Positions 1 through 10,150 of a stretch of 64,000 nt of DNA are shown here, piece after piece. Below the pieces are notes generated by a model. The model had not been told where the DNA came from, did no database searches, and worked only from the letters and a program-made list of their open reading frames with translations. Source of the DNA: Isurus oxyrinchus (lineage: Eukaryota); contig JANJGN010000007.1 of assembly GCA_026770705.1 (NCBI GenBank), forward strand, positions 68,510,001-68,574,000, written 5' to 3'. The position numbers were made by a program, and so were the translations under genes. How positions within the stretch are numbered: the first letter of the stretch is position 1; every line of letters begins with the position of its first letter.

Positions 1-931
1 TTTACTGCGAAATGGCATTCTGTGGTTAGTTTTTACAATGAGTCAAATCGGAACTTATTGTTCATTTCATTTCTTTCAATAGATTTTAATGCTTAATGGA
101 CTTCCTTTTACTTTTCCAGGCATTTTGAGAACTATACTCATGCCTTGTACTGGAACCATCAGCTCTCATCAAAACTGTGGGATCAGAATATCTGGACAGG
201 AAGTCTTTCCCTCTTTCTTTGCACAGTAATGTTGTCACTGATTTTCAGATCAAATGTGACATAAGAATTGTCTTGTAGATCAAAGTCAAACCATGTGTTT
301 TAATTGTGGAAGTTGTGTATAAACTCTCCATTTACAGGAACATAGTTTGGACTTTACTTATTACTCAATATTTGGTTACTGGAAGGATACTTCCTTGAGC
401 TGTGTTTGAATATTCATGATGAAAGGAATGCTTTTGCACATAATATATTTGCCATAATCTCCATTCCACCCCCCTGTCCCCATTGAGAACCAGCAGTTAG
501 TTCTTTATATTGAAATGATCAGTGATGCATTCATTGGTATACTGGGTTGGAATCCTGTCCTTACATTTCTATACCTATTTTCAAATCTTCCACAGACTGA
601 TGGGATGGCTGTTGTTCTCAGTACTGCTTCCAGCTGCATTAATTGAAATGATTTTAAACTAGTTTCTAATGCACTCGTGAACTGTGAATGGCTGAATTAT
701 AATGCAGTGCTAATTTAAAGTCTTGGAAATAAGAAATGTTATGTTGTATGCTTGGATTAAAGGCATTGTCTTCATACACATTTTTGGAAAACACTTTTGG
801 TTGCAGATGCATAATGTGACATGAAAACTTAATTGCATTGCTTGTGTATAATATCATGATAGAAATCTTGACAGGCACTTGAAGACTAACTGACTGAACA
901 AATCTGCTGATAATGAAGGCAATGCACTTTT

Positions 932-2100
932 TTTTACAATCCAATTAGGGATCAGTAACTATTTTTGTAAAGTAGGTGAAATTTGAAATCACAGTTTCTA
1001 AGAGAATAAAACCGCAAGATTCCATGGTTTAAACAAACAGAAGATTTCTTACTATATAAGATTGAAGGAAACAGACAACACTGTTTATCTTATACACTAA
1101 CACCCAAAATCAACATAAGTAAACATGATTTAACAGGCCAACTGTGGTTGAGCATGCTACAAACTGTATATTAAATGGCAGACACAACCAAGACAGGTCC
1201 CACAGATTTTCTCAGCAATGCACTCACCCAGATGTCAGTGATCACTGAGTTACAAAAATCCTTTTAACTCTGTCTTCCTCACAAGAGATTTCAGCTCCTC
1301 TCTTTCAAGGATAAAGCCCCTGACTCCTCTTCAACAATTCAGTGTGGAAGCCCTCTTACTACTTCTGCCTGCAATGAATTGTCAGGCAACCGGACTCCAG
1401 CTCAGACTGATCCAACGACTGCTCACCTCCCAGCTGTTCAATCGCTTCATCTGAGACTCTGTCTCACAATATTCGCCAGGCTGCACTACCAGGTTTATAT
1501 TCAGGCACAGCTGATCTACTCCCAACCTTCTTCCCATGGGCTTTTCTTTGGCCCAACTATTAGTTTCACTGAGCTGACCTTGGGCTTCAGTGAGCCCCAA
1601 CTGCATGGAGCGGAGCAACTAATGCCCTGGGCTTCTCTGAACCTCAGCTCCCAGCAGTGCCGAGCAACTACTACTGTTCACCCTCATGCTCCCATAGCCG
1701 CTCCGAAACACTGCATTCCTGATGCTTCTTCAGCCCAGATTGATCTTGTCATGTGGGCTCTGTTTTGTGCCATAAACCCAGTCACCTGGGCATTCTTTTC
1801 ACTTCATCTTCAAAGGAAACCTAGAAATGAGCATGCTGGCCTGTGCCCCTGCTGCGGTCTGTATCTGCGCCAGAGCCCTGGGAATGCAGCAGTTGTAGTC
1901 CTTGTTCTCCTCCCTGAAAACACACAACGTTAACCCAACAATACAGATTCCCTTACACTGTTTCCCTTAGGAAAAAGAACACTTCACTGTAGTGAAAGTT
2001 TATTTACAATAGCTTTACAGTTTCTTTACAACAAGTTCATATCATAAACTTTTAACAAATAGCTTATTACATACTGTAAGGATAATCTTCATTTCTCACA
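932..2100 (-). mobile_element. Probable solo LTR (Gypsy-type), decayed
   Basis: On the minus strand it starts TGTGAGAAATG at 2100 and ends ...GATCCCTAATTGGATTGTAA, similar to the ...ATCATAACA/...ATCGTAACA ends of the other LTRs in the window. No clean TSD was found, so boundaries are approximate. Confidence 0.5.
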
Positions 2101-2679
2101 ATTACACATATCATATTTACTGTTAAAAGAGCTTAACCAAAACAAAAGCAAGTATAAGTGACAAGTAGGATTAGCAGGTTTTAAACCTCATAGAGTTATC
2201 AAAACTCAGAGCCTGCATTTTCTCCTACACCTTTTCATTAAATTCTTGCTTTTTCCTTGATCTTTCATGGTCAACCGTATGCAGTGAAGAAAAATTGAAG
2301 GTTTCTTTAGAAATATCTTGACTAACTTATATTTCTATATTGTGCAATGGTGTCTCAGTCTTTTTGGTGTAAATGCAAACCAATAACCTGGCAGCCTCTC
2401 TCTCTCTTCACATATGGATGAGTATTAGTCACACTATATGATACAAATGACTTTTGTATAGGCTTCCCAACTTTAGTGCAGAAGAACATTGGGTTTTTCT
2501 TGCTTTACTTGCCATCAATTAGTCCTTTAAATTTGCAACAGAGAGCATGTATTTCTGATCAACAACCAGCTTCAAAAATCATCCCCCTCAATAACTTCAT
2601 TCAGAACAGATTTTGTTGATTTGTTGTTTTGAGCAACACCAGATGCATAAGGGAGTTTTGGTTTCTTATACTCAAGTCG

Positions 2680-3728
2680 TCATCTTGTTTAGCTGAAAGA
2701 TGTGCCACAACCTTCTGCACACGTTCATGTTCTTCTCCCAATGCTTCAAAAGTGGAGCCTTCATCTTCATTTCTTTCACAATCTCGTCCAAATACGTGTT
2801 CGCTTTCTTATTTTTCACTTCCTTTTCAAGTTTGTTGATCTTTCCAGCTCAGCAATTGCTCTGGTCTTGAAGGCAGCTACTTCAACCAGTTGATTTTCAG
2901 TTATTTTATGGGCCACATGAAGCTTAACTGCACAGGTGAGTTCAGTTGCCTTTGTTTCAGAGTCATCTGCAGAACCCTTACACAAGTTTGACATCTTCTC
3001 ATGGACATTCCATTCATTTCAGAATCTTTCCTCTTTGATTTCTGACTGCTCCTTAGATTCTTTTAATTTACTTATTAGATCCTTAAGTTTTTTCTTAAAA
3101 TTTTCCTGAGCTTGCTGTCCAAGACTGGATCTGCTCTTCCATGCTGCACACCTCGTCTTTTTTTGTCCTCCACATTGCATCAAAGCTCAAGAATGGAATT
3201 GTTCTTATCACGACCAAGTTCCAGTAATTCATCAGTCGTGGTTTTTAATTTTGTATTCAACCAACTGTTCTGATTCATCGACAATTCTTTTGCATGTTCA
3301 AGGCATTTTTCATGATATTTAGTAGAGACTTTGGATACTTGAAGTATCCAAGTTTTGAAGTATCGAGTTTTAATTGAAGATCAATCTGTTGAATTCACTT
3401 CTACAAGTTTACCATTTAGACGTTTCAAGTCCCCATTCAAGTGTAATACTTCCTGTGACTGACACTCAAGTGTTCTCACCAGTTCTTGTTTTTCATTATC
3501 TAACTCATCTTTTGTACATGAAAGTTGATTCTATACACTGATCAATTTTTCCTTTGCAGAGCCTTCGACATTCTTACATCTCTAACACTAACTATTCTTG
3601 ACCTTGGGTTAGGAATTTTTCCATTTTAGCCTCTTAAGCTTCTTGAGTTTGAGTTTGGCTGCAATAACTTTGGGGAGTTTGGCAAGTTCAGCAATGTCAA
3701 GCAAATGCTGCAACACATCTGCCACCAT
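2680..3728 (-). pseudogene. TPR: Processed pseudogene of the 5' coding part of nucleoprotein TPR (nuclear basket coiled-coil protein)
   Basis: Minus-strand translation from the ATG at 3728 gives [147 protein letters not shown] and [19 protein letters not shown]. These blocks are collinear with the TPR N-terminus as recalled ([70 protein letters not shown]). No introns; stops, frameshifts and internal deletions are present. Confidence 0.9.
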
Positions 3729-3804
3729 GTTACCATCAATTACTGAACTGCTCCACTGTGTTTCAAAATGTTAATTTGTTTACTTGTTTTGTTGGAGGAG
3801 TAAA

Positions 3805-3970
3805 AACATAAGAACATAAGAAATAGGAGCAGGAGTAGGCCATTCGGCTCCTCATACATGCCCCGTGTTAAGCTTTTCTAAATGTCTGCTATTTCTTCCT
3901 TATTTTCTCAATGACAGATGTTAGGCTGACTAGCCTATAGTTTCCTGCTTTTTGTCTCGCTCCCTTCTTG
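3805..3970 (-). mobile_element. Short CR1 LINE fragments including the 3' end
   Basis: aacataagaacataagaaataggagcaggagtaggccattcggc is the reverse complement of the CR1 3' tail seen in the other copies. An adjacent fragment encodes KAGNYRLVSLTSV. Confidence 0.7.
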
Positions 3971-3974
3971 TCTC

Positions 3975-6405
3975 TAAGGGAATATTTCTTCCTTAGGAAC
4001 AAAATTTCTATAACCTTCAGTAACATGACTCACTTTCTCAAGGAAGAATTCCCTTGACTATCCTGAGCCATTTTCCCATTTTAGTAGGTTTGGAGGGAAC
4101 ACTTGCAATTGTACTTTGCTACTATTTTAACACCCATTTCCTTTATTGGTACTATCTTTTCCAAAGGCTCCTTAAGCGTTCATATTACTGCTATTGATTT
4201 AGTGTTCAGATTCCAACAATTTGCTCTTAAATGCCTCTTCCTACTCTAAAGGAAATATTTTTTTCCTAATATTACTGTGGGATACTTTAAGGCAGGTTTG
4301 TGGTAGGTGTGCATGTGTGACTAATTTAATTAAACTAAAGACGGTCAGACTGCAAGGTTTGAATCATCATAGGGGTAAGTGTAAAAAAACAGGTATTTTG
4401 AAATGGAGCTGGGTAAGCTAAGATGAGGTCTCAGCAGGTATAGTGTGAATGGAATTTGCATTTGTGGATAATTTGAGAAGTTGTTTGATTTTCAAAGGGA
4501 CATGATAAGATATTTTACAACTGGCAAGGCAAAGTTATTAAGTTTATTTTTCCCGAATGTGCTGGCCATAAGGACAACATAAAAGATTTTTATATTCTGG
4601 GAAATGTAACTTCCGAAGCAAGGGTGAAATAATGGGATTTACAGATCAAAAGGGATATAAAGAAAGATGAAAAGCTGTATGGTGAGTAGCCCTGTGAGAT
4701 CTTGAGAGGTGGACTATGTGAAATAGACCTGTGAAAAAGCAGCCTCTAGCTACCTCAGAGAAGTACTGCTTTGGTCTAGAGTGCAAGGTTTTGTTAAAAG
4801 TTCCATTGTCATGTGAGAGGGAGAGAGAAGCTGTGAAATACCTTCCTTATAACAATAGTGGCTGCTTGTGGGAATATTGCTAGATGTCTTTGTAGATTAA
4901 GAATCTATTCGGACTGTTATCTGAAAGGGGTGTGTAGTTGGGAGTCAAGTTAAGTAGAAATCTTTTGGTTGAACTGTATAGCTATAATCTTGTGTGTTTA
5001 ACTTTTTCTTTTTTTTTTGTTTTAATTTAATCTTTAAAATCTTCAATCAGTGGACTCTTTACGTCTGACTTCAGTGTAGACACCTTCCTGTAATAAATAC
5101 AAATTGAAAAATCATTGTGATAGCTTGACCATATTTCCCTCTGGGATTTGGTCAGCCTGGCAATTACCATTTGCCATATCATAACACTACAGCAATGAAA
5201 GCATACTGGTTTCCTGACATCACTATTATCTTCTTTATTAGTAGCTGGACTAGCTCTTGCCTTATCTCGAAAGCCAGAATATTTTCTATCCCTCCAGCTT
5301 CGTTGTGGATTTACAAATGGAGATCTACTGCCCCCAGCTGTTTATGTGATATATCAAACCCATTTGTTAGAACTGTTGCTTCCCTTATTTTAGAAACCTT
5401 GCAGTCTCCCAGGTATGACCTGATGGCTAAAGGGATATTGTTTTGACATTTTTCCATCATCATTACCTCTTTCACGTTCTCAAAATTCTGTTCAAGTTTT
5501 ATTTCCTGATATCACCGATCCAATAATATTTCTTTCTCCCTGGCAAATTCTACAAATGTTTCATTTGGCCTTTTCCTTAAAGTCCAAAATTTTATTTGAT
5601 AACCTTCGGTTTCAAGCTCACAAGCATTAAGAACAGCAGTTTTTACTGTCTCATAACTTGAGGATTGTTCTTGTAAAAGATCGCTTTCAAGATGCTTTGC
5701 CAGCTAAGTGTCCATGTATCCTTTGCCCACTCTAGCTTTGCAGCCACTTTTTCAGATGAGATAAAATATCTCAAATCTGTCCTCAGTGAATTTAGGCACT
5801 AAACAATATTTCTTTGCTAAATCAAAGCTCAGAGTGGGACTCAACTCATATCCTGAACCATTAGTTCCTCTTTTACCCCATAACTTAAGCTTTTCTTAGC
5901 CTGTTCATACTGTCTGATTTCTTTCTTTGAAACTCTCCTCTTACCTTATCTTTTTGTCCCCTTGTTAACTTCTGTCTCTGGAGTTCAGGTTCAGGCTTTT
6001 GCATTTCTCTTTCTTTTCTGTCTCAAGCTGCTTTATCTGCAACTGAATTCTAGCCACCTTAAGCAATGTCCTACCTGGGTCAGGCTTTTGTCCCTTCCAA
6101 TCCTGGTTGCTATTTGGTTACCCGAATTATATCTAATTTTTTAGCCCCTGCTTTTAACTCTAACTCCAACTTTTCTGCTAATGCTACTTAGTTTAGGTTA
6201 CCTTGGTTAATTGTTAATTGGTTAATTGTTGCAAATAACTCAGGGATAAATCTTCCCTCTCCAGAAAAACCATAGCAACTGAAAAAGCCATCATGCTTTT
6301 CAATAAGTACTGTAAAATTCACCATGAGATCCTGTTATTCCTAACTTTAGCAAGTACCAGCACCTGTATACATCTGTATATTTTAAATCCTGCAAAGAGC
6401 TCCCA
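3975..6405 (-). mobile_element. Decayed Gmr1-like Gypsy LTR-retrotransposon internal region (PBS plus gag with SCAN-like capsid and zinc knuckle), interrupted by a solo LTR
   Basis: PBS-like TGGGAGCTCTTTGCAGGAT (6405-6387, minus) resembles a tRNA-Pro PBS. ATG near 6294. Peptides: FDLAKKYCLVPKFTE, EKVAAKLEWAKDTW, SSYETVKTAVLNACELETEGYQIKFWTLRKRPNETFVEFAREKEILLDR. Removing the 4245-5186 insert and one TSD copy restores CFHCCRKRHLRANC (CX2CX4HX4C). Confidence 0.85.
4245..5186 (+). mobile_element. Solo LTR (942 bp) with 4-bp TSD CTAC
   Basis: CTAC at 4241-4244 and 5187-5190. Ends are TCTAAAGG (TG probably mutated to TC) and ...ATCATAACA. Shares tttccctctgggatttg near its 3' end with the LTR at 53548-57261. 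Confidence 0.85.
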
Positions 6406-6673
6406 ATTTCATATTTTTAATTTCAAGAGCTCAAGTGTATGTTGTTTGTTATTTTGTGACTAACTTGTTATTTAGAGCTTGGAGAGGCAGGTCCCTAATG
6501 TTGACAAGTGGGGCATTTGCATTCCACATTTTTCAGGGCAGAAATTCAAGGGACACTTCAAGTGTTTTTTTTAATGGTAATCAGTAATGTAATGCATTAT
6601 GATTTGAGGTTACAAAAATGTTTTGCTTCTCTATTTTCAGACAACATTACAATACGTTTTTCTTATTTTGTAG

Positions 6674-7552
6674 GTAGAAGAATGGTTATGCTTAAACTGT
6701 CAGATGCAGAGAGCTCTGGGAATGGACATGACTACTGCACCACGCTCCAAAAGTCAGCAGCAGCTACACTCCCCATCACACCAGGCCCAAGCAGAACCAC
6801 AAGCAAAACCACAGCAACAGCCTCAAGCAGATCCTGTCCCCCAACAGGGGAGGACTACACCAATAAAAAGGGAACTTCCTAAAGTGCCATCTGGTGCACA
6901 AAATAAACTTGAGACTAAGATGCAACCCAGTGAACGTGAGCAGCAGGGGCAAACAGCTAATCAATCCCAATCACAGCCTGTTGTACAACCGCAGTTGGTT
7001 GCCCAACCTGAGGCAACCAGGCCAATTGGTCAGAGCCAACAAACTAGGCCTTCCCCTGCAGAACAAAAGCGGACGGCAGATGGTTCACCAGCGAGAACTC
7101 AAGCAGGTCCCTCCAACATACCCCAAGATCAGGAAGGCATTACTGGTAAACTCTTTGGGTTTGGAACTTCCCTTTTGAATCAGGCCACCAGCCTTATTTC
7201 CACTCAGCCAGAACAGACATCACAAAGTCAGCAATCACCTGCAAAAGGGTCTGCAGCTAAACAGGCCCCCAAAATAGTTTTCAGCGATCAAAGCACAGAA
7301 TTGAGCTCGAAATTGCAAGGTTCAACAGCGGGATTGCTAGTTAAAACTGAGGGTGCCTCTGCACTTAAACAAGGAAAACCAGAGCCAGTCATTCAACAAA
7401 AAGAAGCCACCAAACCCAAAGTATTATGCCCTCTATGTAAAACCGAACTGAATGTGGGATCAAGTCAGCCTCCCAACTTCAACATCTGCACTGAATGCAA
7501 AGTCCAAGTGTGTAACATGTGTGGCTTCAATCCAACGCCACATCTGGTAGAG
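6674..7552 (+). CDS. BSN: Internal coding exon of bassoon (presynaptic cytomatrix protein): end of zinc finger 1, Q/P-rich linker, first part of zinc finger 2
   Basis: Acceptor ttttcttattttgtag|GTA at 6673/6674 and donor GAG|gtagga at 7552/7553; 879 bp = 293 codons, phase 0 at both ends. Translation begins VEEWLCLNCQMQRALGMDMTTAPRSKSQQQLHSP, matching the BSN-specific sequence after ZnF1. It contains EGITGKLFGFGTSLLNQA and PKIVFSD, and ends CPLCKTELNVGS...CTECKVQVCNMCGFNPTPHLVE (zf-piccolo family). Confidence 0.93.
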
Positions 7553-8325
7553 GTAGGACTGATTCAGAGTTATAATACCGTAATATGTTGTTCTATGTTA
7601 TAGATCTGAACAGACGAGGAATAGAATGTTGAAGACTAGGAATGTGTTACCAGATAGTTTTGGCTTTGAAACCTCCTAGACCGTTGATGATTTAAAGAGT
7701 TAGCAATGACTTGATGAAGGCAGACTGCTGTGATTTCAAGTGCGCTGGTAATGAAGACTGCTAAAATTGAGATGATGATTTCAAATATTTCTAAAGGTGA
7801 ACAAAAATGTGTGTGCTTGTTTGGTAAAGAGCAAGATAAAGTAACTGGAGACCAAAAATTATGTGACAGTTATGCTTTTGATGCATGATGGGGAGGTTTG
7901 ATAACCTGTCCTCCTCTAAGCAATCTTGCAATGCAGCATATTTATTGGTCAGATGACTTGCTGTTGGCAGGGCAAGCACAGAGCTTAGTGCTGATAGATT
8001 ATATCAGTACTTTTCTAAAACTGTACAAGCAAGATACTAAACCATGGTGTGTATTCGTTAAAAATTATGCCTGGTTGTTGGTGAAAAGAGAGAAGGTTGC
8101 CTGGCTACCGATATGTGCATGTATATGGTTAGTTCCTATCTTGATGATACTCTTTGTGGCTGAAGGTTGGGTATTTGTTCCGGGTGGACTAAGTGTACCC
8201 TGCTCAGAATTCTAATTATCAGTAATGTGCTGTTGAAATCATTGACTTACTGAACCAGAATCTGTTAGAAATTGGAGCAGCATGTTGGTGCAGAAGGGAA
8301 ATACGGTATTGCTACAACATGTGAT

Positions 8326-10150
8326 GGCCATAAAATTCAGTTGCATAGTATTTGTATTTTTGGCCTAATGGGTGCCATTTCAGGTACAAAATAGTGTCTG
8401 CACTACATAGGCAGCATCTGATGCCTTTTGTGTAGTGTGGGCGCTGGGAGCATATGTTGTAAGTATGCAGAATAGGTAGAACATAAAGTTGGTCAGAATG
8501 TAGCCCTGATTTGACTTTAGTAGTGTCATTTTCAACCTCAGGGCTCCAGTTAACGTCCTCTGTTAGCCTCACACAGTCGATCATGCTTTCAGCAGTAGAA
8601 AGAAGACCCCATTACTATCGTATTCAGGTCAGTTGCTCATTGATTTCTACTGACTGTTTCTGAGTTAGAAGAAGTGCTTGGAGATTGGTGCCACTGCAGA
8701 AAGTTGGAGATATCAGCATGGAGTTGTGTGGCACATGCTGAAGACTGTGCATTTCACTTCAAGGGTTCGGCAAAGACCACTTGGTCCTAGTCATTGATTC
8801 TGTATTTTCTATTTTCTTTAGCCTGCAACATGACAGGGAAAATCAGCAGAGGCAACACAGAAGAGGACAAGTGCTCAATGCAGGAGGAGGAGTATGAGGG
8901 TGATAAGGGGTCTCAGCAGGGGACCATATTCACACAGGGTCTTCAGGGAACAATTCTCTGACTTCAACCTAAGCCAGGAACAGTATGTACAATGTCTCCA
9001 CTTCACTAAAGAGCTGCTTACTGAAATCTGCCATCTGTTAAAGAAGAACCTCCATGTTCAAAGCATGGCGAGATGGCATTGTCAGTGTCTGTAAATATGA
9101 CTGTAGCCATTAACTTTGCATCAGGCTTCTTCGGTCTAAAACAACCAACATCTTGCAGTTTGCTGTTCACTGTTGAATAAGGGAGGTGACTGATGCTCTG
9201 TGTGGGTAGAAAAGGAAATACATTGCACACTCTTTCCAGGAAGTAGTAGGTGAAGGGTCTACATGGCTTGATCAGGATATAAGCCTTCCTCATGGCATAG
9301 GGTGCCATTGACTGTCCACACGTTAATTTGCAGATGTAGCATATAAGTTCAGAGAGATACCGCAATTTTCAAAGGGATTCCACTCCCTCAATGCCCAGCT
9401 GGTGTGCGACCATACTCAGTGCATCATGCAAACCAACACCCGGTATGCTGGCAGCATTCATGATGCCTTTATTCTGCACCAGACTGCTGTACTCTCAGGA
9501 TTTGAGTTACCACAGGAAACCAGCAAGTGACTACTGGGTGATGAAAGCAATTTGCAGACCACCTGGCTTTTTACTCTGGTGAGCAACTCGTGCAGACATG
9601 AGCAGCATCAATATAGTGAGAGCTATGCCGCCACTTACAATGTTATTGGGCTGGCCATTGAAGTGCTTAATCAATGTGTCCACTGCCTGGACCACTTTGG
9701 AGGAGCCTTGCAACACCTAGCAGAACATGTGTCACGATTCATCATGGTCTGCTCTATCCTGCAACCTCAGGTACGAGTGGCTTCAGCAACATCTTCCTAA
9801 GTAAAAGCTACCATAAAACATAACATCAGTCTTGCTAATTCAACTTAGAAAAAACACACGGTAAAAAATAAAGATGAATTTCTTCTGAAACCTGGTAATT
9901 TAAGCAAAATGTCTGCTGAACTTGCTGTCTTGCTGCAGTTCTGCACATGTGTGATTATGTCATTGGCTCTAAGATTGAACCACTAAATTTTAAAAATAGT
10001 GCATATCTTGGCCATGGTCACCATGCCTGTGCAATGTGGCATCATAAATATGCACACAGATATGCAGCATCGACTCTACGGGCCTCAACTGTCGATTTTT
10101 AAACTTTGTGCCTGTATGATTCTGGTGACATATAAACACGAATTAAGAGC
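8326..10150 (+). mobile_element. Decayed PIF/Harbinger DNA transposon with HARBI1-like DDE transposase remnant (~8890-9770)
   Basis: Peptides RGPYSHRVFREQFSDFNLSQEQYVQCLHFTKELLTEICHLL, GAIDCPHV, KGFHSLNAQLVCDH, RYAGSIHDAFIL and HCLDHFGGALQH match Harbinger/HARBI1 DDE_Tnp_4 motifs, with many frameshifts and stops. Left end is GGCCATAAAATTC; the right end is uncertain. Confidence 0.85.

Noticed and set aside
1379-1933. 184-aa plus-strand ORF
   Set aside because: No recognisable domain, non-ATG start, and it lies within an LTR-like repeat.
2200-2680. L1 ORF2 partner making a TPR-L1 chimera
   Set aside because: Only a WEA-like triplet; the other L1 motifs are absent, so the identity is left open.
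6674-7552. Calling the exon piccolo (PCLO)
   Set aside because: QRALGMDMTTAPRSKSQQQLHSP, the short inter-finger distance and PHLVE match bassoon.
7553-7603. C-terminal VGLIQSYNTVICCSML of the 299-aa ORF
   Set aside because: Read-through past the splice donor at 7553; BSN homology stops at PHLVE.
8894-9800. Domesticated HARBI1 gene
   Set aside because: Multiple stops and frameshifts; it is a transposon relic.
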